Shown: in pieces, positions 18,783 through 27,716 of the stretch | How positions within the stretch are numbered: position 1 is the first letter of the stretch | How the letters are laid out: each line of letters begins with the position of its first letter | Assembly: GCA_015064345.1 (NCBI GenBank) | Contig: SVSK01000006.1 | Span: 1 to 56,574 of the forward strand | Direction of reading: 5' to 3' | DNA length: 56,574 nt | From: Oscillospiraceae bacterium | Lineage (GTDB): Bacteria > Bacillota > Clostridia > Oscillospirales > CAG-272 | The notes under the pieces: model-generated | What the model was told of the DNA's origin: nothing | The model's input: the letters and a program-made list of their open reading frames with translations, nothing else | Database searches by the model: none | Made by a program: the position numbers and the translations under genes

Positions 18783-18811
18783 ATTATAACTGACCCAATT
18801 ATTGTTGTCAA
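18783..18811 (-). promoter_or_regulatory. Consensus sigmaA promoter of the rnf operon
   Basis: TTGACA-17 nt-TATAAT. Confidence 0.8.
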
Positions 18812-18910
18812 GCATCAATAGTTTGAATTGCAGGTAATCGCTGTGCATATGCGAGAAATCAGTCTCTCTTTTGCCCGCGGAATATTATGGCATTTTTTGC
18901 TTTTTCGCTA

Positions 18911-18939
18911 TTGATTTAACTTGCCGCGCGATATATAAT
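18911..18939 (+). promoter_or_regulatory. sigmaA-type promoter
   Basis: TTGATT-17 nt-TATAAT. Confidence 0.55.
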
Positions 18940-19024
18940 GTAGATAGTAAAATCACTCTGCCGAAACAGCTCTGTCAAGCGCGGCATGTGGCGGTAAAAT
19001 AATGGAATTATGAGGTAAAAAACA

Positions 19025-19861
19025 ATGATGAACAACAAAATAGGCGTTCAGGTAAACTTCAGCAAGGGTGTTAACCTTACCGCATCCTTCAAGAATGTTA
19101 TAGAAATGGATATCACATCCTGCCAGCTTTGTATCTGGGATGAATCTATGCTCACAAAGGAATATGCGGACCAGGTAAACGAAGCTGTTGCGGCAACAGG
19201 TATTGAGATCACAACGGTTTGGGCAGGCTGGGACGGTCCCTGCGAATGGAACTTCACCGACGGTCCCGCAACGATCGGACTTGTTCCTCCCGCATACAGA
19301 TATTCCCGTCTCTGTGCGCTGAAGAAGGCGTCAGAATTTGCGAGAATGATCGGAGTAAAGAAGGTGGTAACTCACGTTGGCTTCATTCCCGAAAATCCCG
19401 ATGATCCCAACTTCACAGGCACAGTTGCCGCTCTCCGCGATCTTTGCAGATTCATGAGCGAACGCGAGCAGTATTTCCTCTTTGAAACAGGTCAGGAAAC
19501 TCCCGTTACCATGCTCCGCACCATTCAGGCCATCGGCATGGACAACGTAGGCATCAACTTTGATACCGCCAACCTCATCCTCTACGGAAAGGCAAACACC
19601 CTCGACGCACTGGACGTTTTCGGTCAGTACGTTATGGAAACACACATCAAGGACGGTCTTTACCCCACAGACGGCATGCAGCTTGGAGCTGAAACTCCCG
19701 CAGGTCAGGGCAAGGCAAATCTCCCTGCCGTTATCAAAAAACTTGGCGAGCTGGGCTACACAGGCACACTCACCATCGAGCGCGAGATCACAGGCGACCA
19801 GCAGAAGAAGGACATTGCCATGGCAAGAGACCTCCTCAAGCAGTGGATGGCAGAAGCGTAA
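19025..19861 (+). CDS. Sugar phosphate isomerase/epimerase (TIM barrel)
   Basis: THVGFIPE, FETGQE, INFDTANL..YG, HIKDG, LTIERE; GAGG RBS. Confidence 0.9.
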   Translation: MMNNKIGVQVNFSKGVNLTASFKNVIEMDITSCQLCIWDESMLTKEYADQVNEAVAATGIEITTVWAGWDGPCEWNFTDGPATIGLVPPAYRYSRLCALKKASEFARMIGVKKVVTHVGFIPENPDDPNFTGTVAALRDLCRFMSEREQYFLFETGQETPVTMLRTIQAIGMDNVGINFDTANLILYGKANTLDALDVFGQYVMETHIKDGLYPTDGMQLGAETPAGQGKANLPAVIKKLGELGYTGTLTIEREITGDQQKKDIAMARDLLKQWMAEA

Positions 19862-19871
19862 AAGAAGAAAT

Positions 19872-19905
19872 AACAAAAGCCTTACTTCATCGGTAGGGCT
19901 TTGTT
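19872..19905 (+). repeat. Repeat family B hairpin/terminator, copy 2 (inverted relative to the others)
   Basis: AACAAAAGCCTTAC-TTCATCG-GTAGGGCTTTGTT. Confidence 0.8.
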
Positions 19906-19946
19906 TGAAAAAATCTGATTTTTCACATATTTTTCTCTTTTTTTGC

Positions 19947-19972
19947 GGAACAAATCCGATAGTTCATTCGTC
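19947..19972 (+). promoter_or_regulatory. Putative ECF sigma promoter
   Basis: GGAAC-17 nt-CGTC upstream of the lipoprotein gene; same motif at 34160-34184. Confidence 0.55.
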
Positions 19973-20024
19973 TAATAGTATGTATATAAGCAGTCAACCA
20001 TCAAAGAATTGGAAAGGAGCCGTT

Positions 20025-21950
20025 ATGCGCAGATCAGTTTTATGTTTGTTCGTTTTAGTCACAGTACTATTCACACTTGCAGGCTGCAATAAAGGGCCCT
20101 CCCCACAAGGCTCACCTGATGCAACAGAAGAGAGTGTAGACACTATACTCCCGTCCCCTCCGCCCGAAACGGATGATACACCCGACGCACGACCCGAAAC
20201 GGAAGATGTTCCAAATACGCCACCCGAACCGAGTCTGCCACTCATACACGAGGCTAAAGTGTCGGTCCTTCCCCATGGAACAGAAGCAGCACAGATGCAC
20301 GCTTGGTTCTCAGGCGCTGAAGCTAATTATTTCTTCTATGAGTCCGGCAAGGAAAATATGGAATTCTACCGTGTCCAAAATTTATACTCCAGAGATGAGT
20401 ATATTGAAAAGCTCACTCTTACCCTACCCAACGGCTACTATGGCGGCAGTATCGTCAGAGCAGATACCACAAGCGGTGGGTACGAGAGTGACGGGATCAG
20501 ATTTATCGTAAGTGCTACGCATAACGGAGGGCAGGTATATCTCAATTACACTCTTTCTGCAGACAAGGCATCGGGATATTACGTTCTCACCTCCGTGAGC
20601 GAGACTACTGAAGAAGAATTCACACCTACTCTTGGAGACCGTACGCTAGAATTTGTAGCACACAGCCTGTACACGCAAGTAGGAGCAACTGTGTCACTAT
20701 CTGTTCCCGCGTATTGGGAGATAGGTTATTATGGAAGCGGCAATGGCTATATCCAGGAGGAAGATGTTCTGAACATTCTGCCATATGACACCACAATAAA
20801 GCGTTCTCTCTTTAATACCGTAGATACAGATTTTGACGCAATGTTGGCAGAACTGAGCAACGATACCTATTCTATCGGCGATACAGTCATTTCGGGCACT
20901 ACCGTATCGGGATACGAATACAAGGGCGTCTCTGTTGATATGCACAAGGCGTACAGGCACATCTTCCGCATTACCACAGAACGGGAGATATACAATTTTG
21001 AGGTATGGGAGTGGCCCGCATACGATGAGGGAATAGACTTCCTCACCGACGTTGTTATTCCCGTAGTTGAGTCGTTCTCTGTGGAATACCACGAGGAAGA
21101 AGCAATTACCGATATTGCCGACTGGGACAGTCTCCCTTGGGTGGAAGAGCCCCGCGCTGATGGAAAACGCGCTCAGAATATATACAATTTTATTTACGAT
21201 ATGGTAAGCGGCGAGTCAAAGTATCCCGAAATTAACGGTCTCGGAATAAGAAACTATTCAATCACTCTCCTTGAGAATGCCTCTCACGAATCTACCGTCC
21301 GTTTCACATTCACCGTAACAGGCAACTCTCTTCCACAAACTCTACCGCCCGGAACGCACACGAAAATCATTTCCGTCGTAATGTACATGAATCTGTACGA
21401 TAATAAAAAGCCTGAGACACAGGAAGAATATACTGCAGCCGACAATATACAGCGCGGGCTTGACAAATACGGAGACATTCCTGCTGTTTTGGCTCTGCAC
21501 AAATATCTCTGTTTCCCAAACATGGATGAGATCCCCGACCACGGAGATTGGCCTTCAGACACTTACAGCATCCCATACCCTTATATTTGCGCGTACTACG
21601 GAAACAAAAACCTTGAAATAAGCTTCGATCTGCTACAGCAGCTTTTACTTGAAAAATTCGGTATTTCCGTTGAAAGACCCGATGACGGCGCCCACTTATA
21701 CAGCTGCGAATACAATAAAGAGACTGATACTGTCAGATACTCCGACACTCGCGGATATAATTCAACCCACCGTTTTGTGGATGTAACAGAATCCGACGGC
21801 ATTACCTACGTTACCGTTCAGTTCTACGCAGATGACTTTTATCTCATCCCGTCTTATAAGATAGTTTACAAAATAGGCGAGGGAGACATATTCCTCGGAT
21901 GTGAGGTGCTCGAAACGGGAAACTACAAACCGCACTCAATCGGCTGGTAA
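20025..21950 (+). CDS. Hypothetical lipoprotein with Pro/Thr/Glu-rich linker
   Basis: AAGGAG RBS before ATG 20025; MRRSVLCLFVLVTVLFTLAGC lipobox; no family recognised. Confidence 0.85.
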   Translation: MRRSVLCLFVLVTVLFTLAGCNKGPSPQGSPDATEESVDTILPSPPPETDDTPDARPETEDVPNTPPEPSLPLIHEAKVSVLPHGTEAAQMHAWFSGAEANYFFYESGKENMEFYRVQNLYSRDEYIEKLTLTLPNGYYGGSIVRADTTSGGYESDGIRFIVSATHNGGQVYLNYTLSADKASGYYVLTSVSETTEEEFTPTLGDRTLEFVAHSLYTQVGATVSLSVPAYWEIGYYGSGNGYIQEEDVLNILPYDTTIKRSLFNTVDTDFDAMLAELSNDTYSIGDTVISGTTVSGYEYKGVSVDMHKAYRHIFRITTEREIYNFEVWEWPAYDEGIDFLTDVVIPVVESFSVEYHEEEAITDIADWDSLPWVEEPRADGKRAQNIYNFIYDMVSGESKYPEINGLGIRNYSITLLENASHESTVRFTFTVTGNSLPQTLPPGTHTKIISVVMYMNLYDNKKPETQEEYTAADNIQRGLDKYGDIPAVLALHKYLCFPNMDEIPDHGDWPSDTYSIPYPYICAYYGNKNLEISFDLLQQLLLEKFGISVERPDDGAHLYSCEYNKETDTVRYSDTRGYNSTHRFVDVTESDGITYVTVQFYADDFYLIPSYKIVYKIGEGDIFLGCEVLETGNYKPHSIGW

Positions 21951-21963
21951 ACGAATGTATAAC

Positions 21964-21993
21964 AAAAGCCCTACCGTAAGGTAAGGCTTTTTT
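21964..21993. repeat. Repeat family B hairpin / bidirectional terminator, copy 3
   Basis: AAAAGCCCTAC-CGTAAG-GTAAGGCTTTTTT. Confidence 0.8.
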
Positions 21994-21998
21994 CTTTA

Positions 21999-23969
21999 TT
22001 ATTCTTCTCTGATGTGGTAATACATGGACGGGTACGCCTGACCAACGGTGAAGCGGAGGATTCCGTCCTCGTAGGTAGTGGGAAGCGCGCCTATGTAGAA
22101 GCCCTCTGCACTTACCGCCCATACTCTCATGGTGGGGCAGGATGTGCGGATCTCGATATCAGCCTCGATAACCTCAACGGTAATGGGAGCATTTCCGTAT
22201 TCCAGCATCAGGTCTCCGTCAAACTTTGCGTCCGTGTTCTTTGCTCTGCCTACGGTTGTGAGAAGCATGTTGTCGCACTTGTCTATGGGCTCGTCGGACA
22301 GGGATGAGAGCGCAACTACCGCAAAGTCAGTCTTGCCCTCTACAGAAAGGCCGTCGATCTCGATCTTGCCGTTCTTCTCAAGGAAGCCGTAGATGCACTT
22401 TGACTTGGGTGTGTCGATAGTGCCGTAGTTCTTGTCCCAGTTGCGGTACATCTCGCCTGTGTCGGAGCGAACCTCCTTCTTTGAGAGATCCACGAGAGCG
22501 GTCTTCTCGTCGATCACGCGGTCTGCGGTACTTTCACCCTCGTCATATTCCATGCCGATCTTCGTGTACTCGGACACAGCGGAAAGTTCATCAAAGGGGC
22601 AGGTGTTCATGGTCAGCGCCTTCATTGCTGTGGTGTTTGGAGATTCCTTTACGTCTCCGCGGCGGGTCATAAGTGCGGCATGATAGAAGAGACCGAACTT
22701 TGCGGGGTCGTTCCATGTGGAGAAGATACCCTCTCTGTAACCGGTGCCGCCGATTGATTCCGCGCTGATCTCCTTGCCGAGCATCTTCATGTTCTCAAGA
22801 TGTGAGGAGTAGGCGTATGTGTGAATTGCAAATCCCGACCAGCCCTGAAGCAGTCCCGCCGCCGCAAAAAGAACGGGAGACTCCGCTCTGTATTCGTTGG
22901 GCCAGGGCATATCCCACTCGGAGCAGAACATGGGTCTGCCGAAGGATCTTGCCGCCGCCATGTGATGGAGGAATCCGTCGGGTGCCTGTGTGAGTGCGGT
23001 GTTGAGGAATCGCTGGTCCCCCGGATTCCAACGCCAATCGTAGAAGTAGAAGTGGCTGTCGTTGAAGTCGCACACGTTGTTGGGCTTTCTCTGCTCATTT
23101 GTAACTGCCCAGTTTGTGCCGCAGATGGGAATTTTCACCCCGATCTCACGGAGGCAGTTGATCATATCAAGGTAATGATCCTCTTGCAGCTTCACGCGGA
23201 AAGCGGACTGGATGGGATCGTTAAAATCGTTGATATCACAGGTTGCGGCGTCAATGTCAGCACCTGTTTCCTTTGCCCACTCTGCTAAAAGTCCGCGGTA
23301 GATGGTAACGTAAGGCTCGATGTCGATCTTGTAAATGGAGAAGTCGCTCTCATTTACGATCTCCGCCATAACGATTGCAGGCTCGTCCTTGTACGCCACG
23401 CCTGTGAACTCGTTAACGTGATTCCACAAGTCTCTTGCAAGCTCCTTTTGAAGTTCAACGATGCGAGGGGCGAAGTAGTTGTAAGGCTTGCTGCCGTCCT
23501 TCAGAAGAAAAGCATTCTCAACCTCATCCCCTGTCTTGAACTTGCGGTAGGTGTACATATCCATGTAGGTATAGATACCCTCTTCCTTGAGGCAGTAGAT
23601 GAGATAGTCAAGCCGTCTCATGCTCTCGGGGTCAAAGGTCTGTGTGTTCTTATGGTGAGGTCCTTTAGTGAACTGGAAAATGTTCGGGGTCGCCCACTCT
23701 GCGTCAAGCTGATGAAGTCTTACAATGTTGCAGCCGATCTTTGCAAGTCGCTTGGCGAATTTTTCCGCGTAATCGTAGTCAGGGAAGTTGTGGCCGCTGT
23801 TTACGTTAGTACCCCAGAAGCGGGCAACGGTGCCATCCTCGAACACGAATCTGTCACCGTCCGCTTTAAGAAAACCGTGCTTGCCCGCAGGCTTTTCGTC
23901 TTCAAAAATAAAGCTTATGTCAAAAGGTGCGTCGTATGGATCAGCGGGAAAAGGTATGTATCTTGACAT
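21999..23969 (-). CDS. Clan GH-A glycoside hydrolase (GH5/GH148-like), cytoplasmic
   Basis: PAGKHGFL..FWGTN..GCNIVRLHQLD, YKDEPAI..EIVNE (acid/base), DSHFY, CSEW (nucleophile); no signal peptide. Confidence 0.75.
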   Translation of the reverse strand: MSRYIPFPADPYDAPFDISFIFEDEKPAGKHGFLKADGDRFVFEDGTVARFWGTNVNSGHNFPDYDYAEKFAKRLAKIGCNIVRLHQLDAEWATPNIFQFTKGPHHKNTQTFDPESMRRLDYLIYCLKEEGIYTYMDMYTYRKFKTGDEVENAFLLKDGSKPYNYFAPRIVELQKELARDLWNHVNEFTGVAYKDEPAIVMAEIVNESDFSIYKIDIEPYVTIYRGLLAEWAKETGADIDAATCDINDFNDPIQSAFRVKLQEDHYLDMINCLREIGVKIPICGTNWAVTNEQRKPNNVCDFNDSHFYFYDWRWNPGDQRFLNTALTQAPDGFLHHMAAARSFGRPMFCSEWDMPWPNEYRAESPVLFAAAGLLQGWSGFAIHTYAYSSHLENMKMLGKEISAESIGGTGYREGIFSTWNDPAKFGLFYHAALMTRRGDVKESPNTTAMKALTMNTCPFDELSAVSEYTKIGMEYDEGESTADRVIDEKTALVDLSKKEVRSDTGEMYRNWDKNYGTIDTPKSKCIYGFLEKNGKIEIDGLSVEGKTDFAVVALSSLSDEPIDKCDNMLLTTVGRAKNTDAKFDGDLMLEYGNAPITVEVIEADIEIRTSCPTMRVWAVSAEGFYIGALPTTYEDGILRFTVGQAYPSMYYHIREE

Positions 23970-23986
23970 TGTTCTGCTCCTATATA

Positions 23987-25384
23987 TTATTTCTTGATTA
24001 TTTCACGTACTGCGGCAATACTTTCTCGAACCAGTACCTCACCTGCGTCAGCTCCGCTCTGACACGCGAAAATCACTGCGCTGTAGCCGCCTCGCTTCAT
24101 GGCATCAGGGGTCGGGAGGTAGTTGAGGTCGTCGTCCGTCATCTGCACGTCCAGCACATGAGCTTCGGGGCACGCGGCCTTGATTCTGTCGGCATACTCA
24201 ACAAACAGCTCATAGGGATTGGAAATGAGCACAGTCTTACCCATTCTGAGAAGATGCACCGCACCGTCAACGATCTTGCGTCCGCGTCTCTGTCTGCCGA
24301 TTATGGTGTCAGCACTGCACAGCTCAAACACATCCGTACCGTCGGTTTCCTCGAAGATGATAAGCTCGCCTTCGCTCTTGCCGTACTTTTTCTCCAGTGC
24401 CGCCATGTCAAGGGTAGCTTTCTCGTATTCTTCATCGGTGGGATTCCAGATAGGCAGATCCACGTGCTTAACAAAGTGATAAGCCTCGCCCTCGTTTCGG
24501 TATAGAGGCGCATCCTTTAAGGCGACGATCTCTCGGCCTATCTTCTCGCCCAGATCGCGGCAGCCCTCTTCTTCCCACATGCTGACTTCCCCCGGTATCG
24601 TGGAGAGAAGATCGCGTGGAGAAAGGTCGCCAGCCGAGCCGGAAAGCGAAACAAGCGGGATGTTCCCGATGTGCTTTTCCATGTAGTCACGGGTATATCC
24701 CCAGAAGTCGGAGGAGATCACGCACTGATTCTCAATAACCTGCGCGGGACAGGGTACGTTTGCCACGATGCCTTTGAGCTCACCGTCAGTCGCCCGTTTT
24801 GCGTAGATAATGCTCATTGGACCGCCGTCATGGTTTTCCATTTTGAGAAAGTTTGCCTCATGAGTCGAGCCGTACATCACAGCGTAGCCTTCCTTGTACA
24901 CTGTGCGGCGGGAGTAAGAGGTCATGATTCTCGATACAGCCACCTCGGTATAGCACTCCTCCATCGATTCGGTCGCCTGCTTTACCGCATCCGCGATACT
25001 GTCTGCAACGAAAAGCGCGTATTCCTCAGGGGTGGTCAAGTCATCGTACAGCTTTTCCTCCGCCTTGAAGGAGCAAAGCATGCACTCCTGCTCACGTCCT
25101 ACGTAAGGTGCTGTGTGAGTGTGAGTAGCGGAGATTGCGATATCGTCATGGGTGAATCCGGGCACAAAAGCCGCAATCCTTTCCGCAGCCATCTGTGGCA
25201 CGGGAGGCATAATGTGAAGCAGGTCCACCGACGCCCAGACAGTTATCCTGCCCTCCGTCTCTATTGCCATGGCTGTGGTATATATTCTCGAATGTATTTT
25301 TTCGGCTATTCTGACGTTGAACTGTCCCTGCAGCGCTACCTTGCCCGCGGGAGTAATGTCCGCCTTTCCGAATCCTATCTTCAT
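23987..25384 (-). CDS. Neutral/alkaline ceramidase-fold metallo-amidohydrolase-like protein
   Basis: IGFGKADITP, SATHTHTAP, ISSDFWG, GSAGDLSP, ELFVEY, YLPT..GGYS; GGAGG RBS before ATG 25384. Confidence 0.7.
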   Translation of the reverse strand: MKIGFGKADITPAGKVALQGQFNVRIAEKIHSRIYTTAMAIETEGRITVWASVDLLHIMPPVPQMAAERIAAFVPGFTHDDIAISATHTHTAPYVGREQECMLCSFKAEEKLYDDLTTPEEYALFVADSIADAVKQATESMEECYTEVAVSRIMTSYSRRTVYKEGYAVMYGSTHEANFLKMENHDGGPMSIIYAKRATDGELKGIVANVPCPAQVIENQCVISSDFWGYTRDYMEKHIGNIPLVSLSGSAGDLSPRDLLSTIPGEVSMWEEEGCRDLGEKIGREIVALKDAPLYRNEGEAYHFVKHVDLPIWNPTDEEYEKATLDMAALEKKYGKSEGELIIFEETDGTDVFELCSADTIIGRQRRGRKIVDGAVHLLRMGKTVLISNPYELFVEYADRIKAACPEAHVLDVQMTDDDLNYLPTPDAMKRGGYSAVIFACQSGADAGEVLVRESIAAVREIIKK

Positions 25385-25488
25385 AGTGACCTCCGCATCA
25401 AAATTTACCACTTAAACTATACAACAACACACCGCGTTAAGTCAAGTATTTTGCGAAAAAATGCACGTTGTATCTTCTCTCAAACACC

Positions 25489-25517
25489 TTGACATCAATG
25501 TTCTGTTTTAGTAAAAT
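25489..25517 (+). promoter_or_regulatory. sigmaA-type promoter
   Basis: TTGACA-17 nt-TAAAAT. Confidence 0.6.
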
Positions 25518-25551
25518 AGAGTCAACCACTTACTCATCCGGAGGTAAAACT

Positions 25552-26880
25552 ATGACAGATATCATCTTCACCTTTGATACAGAAGACTATGTCAACGAAA
25601 AAGGTGCCGACGGAATAATCAGAGCATCAAAAATGATACGAGAAGCGGGATTCACGCCGTGTCACAATATTGTTGGTTGGCTTGCAGAGGCTCTTGTGAA
25701 GTGGGGCAGACAGGACTGCATCGACGAGCTTAAGCAGTGCGAGATACATACCCACTCTCTGAAGCACTCATACCACCCCACAATTAACGAATATACGGAT
25801 ATCGAGGACTTTGACAAGGCAATGAAACACTTCCGCCGCGAAGAGGACGAGTGTTTTGACATAATCCGTCGAATACTCGGTGAGCATCGTATATCAGCCG
25901 CATCCCCGCCCGGAGTATCGGACTCTTATGTGGCGCTGTACGGATACGCCGACATGGGAGTTGAAATTTTCGAAGGCGGACTTACAAACGATACTGTTCG
26001 TTCAAGACCCGTATCCTTCTGCAACCTTTGGAATATTTTGCTCGAGTGCTGTTATGATAATTTCGGCAAATGCTCAAAGGATGACGTTCTGGGGCTTATC
26101 GAAAAAATGGCAAAGCTTGAGGTGTGCATATGTCTCCACCATCCCCAGATGCACGTTGTCACCTCATTTACCGACAGGCAGAATTTCTACAAGGAAAATG
26201 CCGAGGGTGAGTGGGTCAAGAGTGAGCTGTGCTCCGAGGAGGATGTTAAGCGCTTTGAAGAAAATCTCCGTTTCTTCCTCGAAAAGATAAAATCAGACGA
26301 TCGCTTCAATGTGACAACATATGATGCTCTTGCGGATAAGCTTCGCTCTCACAGAGTTGTTACTCGTGATATGATACCCGAGTTAAAGCAGGCACTCACC
26401 GATGACTTTTTCCCCGTAACTGTTCCCGAATCACTGTGTATCAGCGATATTCTTCTTGCCTGCCGCGACTTTTTGCTCGGAAAAGATGAACACGTATGCG
26501 AAAAGGTCTATGGATTCCTCGACGTTCCTTACGCCATCCCCCACCCCGTCAAGGTTACAGCGGAGGAAATGCGCGAGTCCGCAACACAGATACCGGACGG
26601 CACTTTCCTACCTACAGAAATAACCGTGGGTGGTAAAAAGCTGGGACCTGCCGACTGGCTCCGCGCCGCACTTGCCATTCTCTCCGGCGAGGAAGCGTTC
26701 ACAGTTGTTCCCGACAAATGGCAGATAGATCTGAACGAATTCCCCACTCTGCGCAATCAGCGCCTTGCCGGCTGGTGGATACATTCAGACTCCTTTAAGG
26801 ATGAATATATCTCCGACAGATGCCGTCTCCAGAGCTGGACAATCCGCCTGCCCAAAGGCACAAAGAGAAGGATTTACTAA
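25552..26880 (+). CDS. Polysaccharide deacetylase-like (NodB/CE4-fold) protein
   Basis: IIFTFDTED, EIHTHSLKH metal motif, CLHHP; GGAGG RBS before ATG 25552. Confidence 0.7.
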   Translation: MTDIIFTFDTEDYVNEKGADGIIRASKMIREAGFTPCHNIVGWLAEALVKWGRQDCIDELKQCEIHTHSLKHSYHPTINEYTDIEDFDKAMKHFRREEDECFDIIRRILGEHRISAASPPGVSDSYVALYGYADMGVEIFEGGLTNDTVRSRPVSFCNLWNILLECCYDNFGKCSKDDVLGLIEKMAKLEVCICLHHPQMHVVTSFTDRQNFYKENAEGEWVKSELCSEEDVKRFEENLRFFLEKIKSDDRFNVTTYDALADKLRSHRVVTRDMIPELKQALTDDFFPVTVPESLCISDILLACRDFLLGKDEHVCEKVYGFLDVPYAIPHPVKVTAEEMRESATQIPDGTFLPTEITVGGKKLGPADWLRAALAILSGEEAFTVVPDKWQIDLNEFPTLRNQRLAGWWIHSDSFKDEYISDRCRLQSWTIRLPKGTKRRIY

Positions 26881-26886
26881 AATAAT

Positions 26887-26918
26887 AAAAAAGCCCTACC
26901 GACCAAGGTAAGGCTTTT
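26887..26918. repeat. Repeat family B hairpin / bidirectional terminator, copy 4
   Basis: AAAAAAGCCCTAC-CGACCAAG-GTAAGGCTTTT. Confidence 0.8.
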
Positions 26919-26922
26919 ATCT

Positions 26923-27714
26923 TTATCTTGCATATATCATACCGACGAGTCGGTTTATGAGAGAATTCGGAAGTATGCGCTTGAGGAGTCCCAGAAGCTG
27001 ATAGGAAAAGCCGAGAACGTACTGCGGCTTGACCCGCTTTTTCAGCACGATTTTGGCAATCATTTTGCCGGCCCTCTCAGAACTCATTCCGTTCTGTTCA
27101 TCTCTCTCCATTACGGCAACGCTTCGGCTGATCCTGCCCCCGTATATATCGTCTCCCATGTCTGATTTCGCCCTTGCCGCTGTAAATCCTGTTTTTATGT
27201 CTCCCGGAAGCACGGCGCACACCGAAATACCGAATGGGCGAACCTCATTGGCGAGAGCGGCGGAATATGCATCGATCGCCGCCTTTGACGCAGAGTAGTA
27301 GGTCTGAAACGGTATCGGGAACAGAGCCGCAACAGAGCTGATGTTCACTATCCGTCCACCGCCTGCCTTCCGCATATGGGGAAGCACCGCCCGCGACATA
27401 TTATCCACTCCCATGAACAAGACGCCAATCTGCTTCTTCACGTCAGAGGGATCTGTAAATTCAACCGCGCCCGATATGCCGAATCCCGCGCAGTTTATGA
27501 GTACGTCAACTCTGCCCTCCCGTGAGATGACCTCATTTACCGCGTCAAGAACAGAGTTCTCGCATGTCACGTCAAGGGTCAGATGCACTATCCCGTCAAT
27601 TTGGCTTTCTCTGCGGCTTCCCTCGTAGACGGTGCATCCGAGGTCTCGCAGTGCAATGGCAGTCGCTTTGCCAATGCCGGAGCTGCCGCCTGTTATAAAT
27701 ACGATCTTTTTCAT
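26923..27714 (-). CDS. Short-chain dehydrogenase/reductase; candidate 3-ketosphinganine reductase
   Basis: TGGSSGIG, basic SRR after beta2 (NADPH preference), INCAG, NISS, YSASK, PGDIKTGFT; ATG lies 2 nt after the stop of the upstream SPT-like gene. Confidence 0.85.
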   Translation of the reverse strand: MKKIVFITGGSSGIGKATAIALRDLGCTVYEGSRRESQIDGIVHLTLDVTCENSVLDAVNEVISREGRVDVLINCAGFGISGAVEFTDPSDVKKQIGVLFMGVDNMSRAVLPHMRKAGGGRIVNISSVAALFPIPFQTYYSASKAAIDAYSAALANEVRPFGISVCAVLPGDIKTGFTAARAKSDMGDDIYGGRISRSVAVMERDEQNGMSSERAGKMIAKIVLKKRVKPQYVLGFSYQLLGLLKRILPNSLINRLVGMIYAR

Positions 27715-27716
27715 GA

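Noticed and set aside
18945-19020. Possible riboswitch in the epimerase leader (TGCCG..CGGCA stem)
   Set aside because: Only a short stem; no aptamer consensus or expression platform that I can recognise.
19560-20024. 155-codon upstream extension of the lipoprotein ORF (possible overlap or frameshift fusion)
   Set aside because: Crosses the epimerase gene out of frame, a terminator and a promoter; RBS and signal peptide begin at 20025.
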